Source: a virus
Taxonomy: Duplodnaviria; Caudoviricetes
Virus record (IMG/VR): IMGVR_UViG_3300042455_000193
Coordinates: 1 to 60,024 of that record
Direction: 5' to 3' (one strand)
DNA: 60,024 bases
Position 1 is the stretch's first letter; every line of letters starts with the position of its first letter. A program made the position numbers and the translations under genes. Shown piece by piece: positions 56,133 to 60,024 of the stretch. The notes under the pieces were generated by a model. That model was not told where the DNA came from. It made no database searches and worked only from the letters and a program-made list of their open reading frames with translations.

Positions 56133-56361
56133 AGAAACAATTGAGTGGGAAGACATGGTCCAAGCGCATAAGTGGAATGCTTTACACAATGCTGCATCAG
56201 ACATGGTGAAGCTTGGTGGTGGCTTTGCTTCTGCTTTAGCTAGCGCTTGGTATAAGGCTGACAAAGCTAACAAGAGAAAGATCGAAAACGAATTCTCTGA
56301 TCTGTTCTTTCAGTACATGGATGTTGGTGACAGAGCTTGGTTCGGTAGCTCAATACATTAA
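56125..56361 (+). CDS. Conserved phage hypothetical protein
   Basis: GGGFA.AL..AW..AD..N motif. Confidence 0.7.
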   Translation: MIEETIEWEDMVQAHKWNALHNAASDMVKLGGGFASALASAWYKADKANKRKIENEFSDLFFQYMDVGDRAWFGSSIH

Positions 56362-56373
56362 GGAAAAACCAAA

Positions 56374-56565
56374 ATGAAATTGTTTGTGATTTTTGGTGAT
56401 ATCTTTTTCACCGATGACGAGGCGTTGGTCCGCTCGGTGAGTAAGGCAGGTTTCTTCGAGGAAGATGACATCGAAGACATAGCAGATGGTGGAGACTGGA
56501 TAACACCGCACTACTACAACGGCAAGATTATTTTTGCTAAATATCAAGAGGAGAAATGGAGATGA
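56374..56565 (+). CDS. Acidic hypothetical protein
   Basis: AAGGA RBS. Confidence 0.6.
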   Translation: MKLFVIFGDIFFTDDEALVRSVSKAGFFEEDDIEDIADGGDWITPHYYNGKIIFAKYQEEKWR

Positions 56566-56732
56566 CACCCGAAGATATTAAAAAAAAGTACGGCGAGGAG
56601 GCACTTAATATGTTGTATGACGATCTACTAGATTATCCAGTACATGAACTAGCCAACGCCATACTTGGATACAAAACAGAAAAACAAATAAGCAGGTGGA
56701 TTGCAGAATTAAGAGCTGAGATGGAGGAATAA
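56562..56732 (+). CDS. 56-aa hypothetical protein
   Basis: Read manually; ATGA coupling. Confidence 0.5.
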   Translation: MTPEDIKKKYGEEALNMLYDDLLDYPVHELANAILGYKTEKQISRWIAELRAEMEE

Positions 56733-56736
56733 CAGC

Positions 56737-57099
56737 ATGAAATACAAAGCATCAGTTAGATATATGACTTACTGCAACGTAGAAGTTGAAGCAGACAACG
56801 AAAGCGATGCATATGAAAAAGCTTTTCGAGCAAGGATGGAAGAAAATACTAATCATCGACATGAGGGATTCGAAGTAACAAACGTTGAATTAACAGATGA
56901 TAACTTTACCGAAGATCAGCGTGTATTTATGACAGCTTTTCAGAGCTGCGTAGGTAACGTCCCTTCTGATGTACTTAAACAATTCGTACTTCTTGAAGAT
57001 GACAATGACTTTAAAGATATGGAATATTACGGAAGCCTTGCTGATGCAAGAAGCTTATGGGAATCAGCAAGAATACATTTTCAAAAGGAAACAACATGA
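56737..57099 (+). CDS. Hypothetical protein with DpnD/PcfM-like N-terminus
   Basis: MKY...VEVEADNE.DA..KA. Confidence 0.6.
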   Translation: MKYKASVRYMTYCNVEVEADNESDAYEKAFRARMEENTNHRHEGFEVTNVELTDDNFTEDQRVFMTAFQSCVGNVPSDVLKQFVLLEDDNDFKDMEYYGSLADARSLWESARIHFQKETT

Positions 57100-57386
57100 A
57101 AAACTTACAGAAATTTTTAGAGAGAGAGAACTCATGGATCAAAACTACACAGGGTATCTGGAAGAAAACAGGTCCAGCCTTGTACGAAATTGAAACAGCA
57201 GAGGGTAGACAGCGTGTTGCCGATTCAATTGATAGCCAGTTAAGCCCAGAGAATCTTACTTGTGATGGCGAGTTGCCAGTTCGGGAGATCAATGCAAGGT
57301 ACAAGTACCTGACTGCTGCTGCTGCTGATCTGCGCAAGCTAGATCCAACTGTCAAGTTCTGGGAGTACAGCGATGAAACTTACTAA
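57096..57386 (+). CDS. Conserved phage hypothetical protein
   Basis: LSPENLTCDGE motif. Confidence 0.7.
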   Translation: MKNLQKFLERENSWIKTTQGIWKKTGPALYEIETAEGRQRVADSIDSQLSPENLTCDGELPVREINARYKYLTAAAADLRKLDPTVKFWEYSDETY

Positions 57387-57543
57387 GGCACAGCAACAGG
57401 CTCTTAAGCGGGTCTGGTTACGTGGGAGTGAGAAGACATACCTCCAGTTCCGTCGCGGCGTGGCGATGGGATCAGGCTGTATCATGGTTCACTGGTGCAA
57501 CATGTGGCTTGGCATCGAGCCAGATGGGTATACCCATTCTTAA
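57373..57543 (+). CDS. 56-aa hypothetical protein
   Basis: Read manually: ...YLQFRR...MWLGIEPDGYTHS. Confidence 0.65.
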   Translation: MKLTKAQQQALKRVWLRGSEKTYLQFRRGVAMGSGCIMVHWCNMWLGIEPDGYTHS

Positions 57544-57552
57544 ATCATGAAT

Positions 57553-57585
57553 ATACAGGGATAGCCTTCGGGCTATCTCCTGTAT
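57553..57585. terminator. Hairpin at the convergence of early and replication operons
   Basis: ATACAGGGATAGCC-TTCG-GGCTATCTCCTGTAT. Confidence 0.75.
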
Positions 57586-57627
57586 TAAAAATTCCTGAAC
57601 GGGCGACTCATTATTTACACGCGCCAA

Positions 57628-57888
57628 TTACAAAATATCTTTGAGCATGGTCATGTAGACTGGAGTCTTATCCCCCATGTATGCGCCTTCAATGTTGTAC
57701 TCGTAATACTCTGCCGCCTCTTGATAACTCATCTCTTTGTTTAAGATTTCAATAATCTTGTAGCTATCGTAGACGGCAACCAGTCCAGTGTTTTTGTAGA
57801 CAAGCCCAACAATTGCTTCGTCAAACTTCTCTTCATCTAGTAGCAAGATCTCTGGATTCTCATCAGCCAACTGATCTCTTATCGTCAT
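57628..57888 (-). CDS. Conserved phage hypothetical protein
   Basis: FDEAIVG...VAVYD...EA.EYYEYNI.GAYMG..TP. Confidence 0.75.
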   Translation of the reverse strand: MTIRDQLADENPEILLLDEEKFDEAIVGLVYKNTGLVAVYDSYKIIEILNKEMSYQEAAEYYEYNIEGAYMGDKTPVYMTMLKDIL

Positions 57889-58373
57889 GCCTTTACCCTC
57901 CCTGACTCTAGCCATTCCCACAAATCATCAAGCGCACGAAGCATCTGCCTCTCCATCGAGTGAGCAAACGATGACCTTAACTTAAATGCCTTGTAGTTAG
58001 TTAACCCAACCTCGGCTGCACATTTACGCACACTGGCTGCAGTCAAGATCTTTTGCACATCCTGCTTTGTCAAGTTGTTCTTTACAGCATCAGGGTTACG
58101 CACTAGTTGTTCAGCTAGTTGTTGAGCGCATACCTTCCGCTCATTCTTGTCGCCGTAAGTTAAGTAGATCCATAACTGTTGATCCATTGGCATCCTATCT
58201 ATCTTGCCAAAGATCATTCCAGCCTGTGCATGAAAGTCGTATGCAGATAAACTGTTTTCATTACGAACTTTCATCTTATCTTTCGACATGAATACACCTG
58301 ATGGTGTAGAGATGATTGGTTTGTTTCGCATACGGAATGCAAATCGGAGTGCTGCTTCTGGTGAGGAGAACAT
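57885..58373 (-). CDS. Putative late regulator / Q-like antiterminator
   Basis: Follows rusA; C-terminal HTH-like SVRKCAAEVGLT. Confidence 0.45.
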   Translation of the reverse strand: MFSSPEAALRFAFRMRNKPIISTPSGVFMSKDKMKVRNENSLSAYDFHAQAGMIFGKIDRMPMDQQLWIYLTYGDKNERKVCAQQLAEQLVRNPDAVKNNLTKQDVQKILTAASVRKCAAEVGLTNYKAFKLRSSFAHSMERQMLRALDDLWEWLESGRVKA

Positions 58374-58879
58374 TACATTTCCTCCATGCAAACATACAAA
58401 CTATCTTCCTCAGACCAGAGCTTCACAATGTGACAGTCGCATACCTGTGTATCGTCAAGGTAAAGCCAACGATTGAGTGAGTCCAAGACAATCTTGACAA
58501 CGTTATCAACGTCCGGTTTCTTTGGTGGGATCTGCTGGTGAATAGCAAGATCTTTATCTTTCTTGGACCATGACTTTGGAATCTTGTAGTAAGCCACGAT
58601 ACGGGCTCTAACGCAGCCTTCCCAAGGCTTTTGCCCAGCCATGAGGGGTAACACTACATCCCTTATCAATGACTCGTATGAGCGTGTTAGCTGTGGGGTA
58701 ATTGCAACCCCTGTCTTCTTTACAAAGTGGGGTCTACCTTTACCAATTACTTTCCCCGGAATAACAAATTCAATCTTCCGTGGTGCGGCGAGGTGGGCGG
58801 TAGTCGTAGCACCGCTCGATAGGAGCCGCTCGGTAGAGCTCACAGCGGCGGACAATTTTAAGTTGGTCGTATCGTTCAT
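58373..58879 (-). CDS. rusA: RusA-like Holliday junction resolvase
   Basis: F.IPG...GKGRP, KPDVDNVVK..LDSLN...DDTQV. Confidence 0.9.
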   Translation of the reverse strand: MNDTTNLKLSAAVSSTERLLSSGATTTAHLAAPRKIEFVIPGKVIGKGRPHFVKKTGVAITPQLTRSYESLIRDVVLPLMAGQKPWEGCVRARIVAYYKIPKSWSKKDKDLAIHQQIPPKKPDVDNVVKIVLDSLNRWLYLDDTQVCDCHIVKLWSEEDSLYVCMEEM

Positions 58880-58903
58880 AGTAATGTCTGCATCCTTCGC
58901 AAG

Positions 58904-59239
58904 TTAAGCCCCGTATGCTTTTCTTTCCATCCGCTCGTTCGCTTGATGGGTTCTCCATACTTCAATCTCCAATTCAATTCGTTTGATTTCAAAGCGCTGG
59001 AGTTCTTCAGCCTCCACTGCATCCCTTAATACTTCCAGATGTTTGATGTACTCCGGTCGTGAGTAAGACTCACGCTCCTGCGCAGACACGCTAGTGAATC
59101 CCTTGCGCTCTGCATCTTTCAGAAGCAGACTTAACAAACTCTTTTTGTATTCTTCTAAGTACACGCGATGAGACTTAGCTTGACTGTAGGGAGCTCCCTT
59201 CATCCGGTATTCGTACAGTAATTTTTCAATGTCATGCAT
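58904..59239 (-). CDS. Conserved helical phage protein (possibly UvsY-like)
   Basis: YLEEYKKS...AQERE.Y...Y...IEVWRT..AN.R. Confidence 0.65.
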   Translation of the reverse strand: MHDIEKLLYEYRMKGAPYSQAKSHRVYLEEYKKSLLSLLLKDAERKGFTSVSAQERESYSRPEYIKHLEVLRDAVEAEELQRFEIKRIELEIEVWRTHQANERMERKAYGA

Positions 59240-59747
59240 GTGTAGCTCCTTGTAAAACTGTTAACAAATCTTCAATAGAACCAAGGTGCTGTTGCAGCAC
59301 ACTGTGGCGTGGTCCGTAACCAAAGTCCTCTACTGTTTTGATCCGGCGAAACTTATCTTTAGAGATAGCGCCAGTTAACCTGACACTTGCAGGTCCAGTC
59401 ACTGCTGCACCAACAAGAATGTCAGCCCTGACATCATCAATGTCATCAACGTACAGTCTGTTGTTGCTGCCGTAATCTTTTGATAGCGTCTTGACTTGAA
59501 TCCTTTTGTCTGAATGCCTGATGTCTGAGCCATCGTCACCATAGAAAAGCAAGTCAACATGAAATGGAATACCTAATACTTTGCACAAGCCTGACTCACC
59601 CATCAACCCAATCAGATGAAGTGCATAGTCATCAATGTCTGTGGTGTACTTTTTGTTTCGCAGTTGATTTAGTTTCTTGGTCTCATAGATCAATGATGCG
59701 TAATGCAAGATCGTGTGCATCTCTGGTGCTGTGAAAATAACTTTCAT
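59232..59747 (-). CDS. Second copy of the PD-(D/E)xK-like protein
   Basis: Protein identical to 312-827. Confidence 0.6.
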   Translation of the reverse strand: MKVIFTAPEMHTILHYASLIYETKKLNQLRNKKYTTDIDDYALHLIGLMGESGLCKVLGIPFHVDLLFYGDDGSDIRHSDKRIQVKTLSKDYGSNNRLYVDDIDDVRADILVGAAVTGPASVRLTGAISKDKFRRIKTVEDFGYGPRHSVLQQHLGSIEDLLTVLQGATHA

Positions 59748-60024
59748 TTCAACCCCAGCAATCCCTGCTTCCACATCTCTATCTGTGTGCGGCAGATAGC
59801 AGTCAAGATGTAGTCACGCTTTTCTTCTTTGTTCATGCGTGTACCAGTGTCATACTTGGTATGACAGGAGTAGCACAGCCACGCTGTCATACAGTCATGA
59901 GCCTTGTGCCCCATGCCTTTGTCATGCTCTTGCAAATTGCTATGCGCTGCCACAACAGTGCCATCATCTGCAAAGCACATGACACAGCGCTGCCCCTTGG
60001 CAAGCTTGAGTAACTTGTCGCTTC
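59744..60024 (-). CDS. Second, 5'-truncated copy of the DUF1364-like protein
   Basis: Two amino-acid differences from copy 1 (I/T, H/Q). Confidence 0.7.
   Translation of the reverse strand, partial: SDKLLKLAKGQRCVMCFADDGTVVAAHSNLQEHDKGMGHKAHDCMTAWLCYSCHTKYDTGTRMNKEEKRDYILTAICRTQIEMWKQGLLGLK

Larger units (their letters stand above)
58921..60024. repeat. Terminal redundancy / circular overlap, copy 2
   Basis: Near-identical to 1-1104. Confidence 0.97.

Noticed and set aside
47723-57627. CRISPR or mini-CRISPR array among the early-region repeats
   Set aside because: Only 2-3 copies, separated by whole genes rather than spacer-length sequences

Overview
The window is essentially one complete ~58.9-kb temperate phage genome. 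Positions 1-1104 recur at 58921-60024 with 17 substitutions by my manual alignment. It looks podovirus-like: I recognise no tape measure, sheath or tail tube. The host is probably a Gram-negative bacterium (spanins present); small-ORF families tentatively suggest a freshwater Betaproteobacterium. Modules: (i) a leftward replication/late-control operon with T7 gp4/Twinkle-type primase-helicase, DUF1364-like nuclease, PD-(D/E)xK-like protein, RusA and a Q-like candidate; (ii) an XRE repressor followed by a rightward ERF / SSB-like / exonuclease / Xis / integrase operon ending at an attP that carries the 3' half of tRNA-Asn; (iii) a ~38-kb leftward virion and lysis operon with TerS, TerL, portal, scaffold, capsid, adaptors, repeat fibres, GH19 endolysin with embedded spanins, a split tail-nozzle gene, a GNAT-like protein and three ejection proteins including a 3151-aa polyvalent protein; (iv) a ~9-kb rightward early region of small genes (DUF932, DUF6878/DUF6915, DUF3846, Gp88-like, acidic proteins, SSB-tail mimics). 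The most unusual signals are non-coding: three bulged hairpins with compensatory changes plus a pyrimidine box in early leaders, a 25-bp leader repeat, a pseudoknot/switch-like RNA, and a 15-bp palindrome (ATTAGCAnTGCTAAT) in about 7 intergenic regions. Family names come from motif recognition only; no searches were run.
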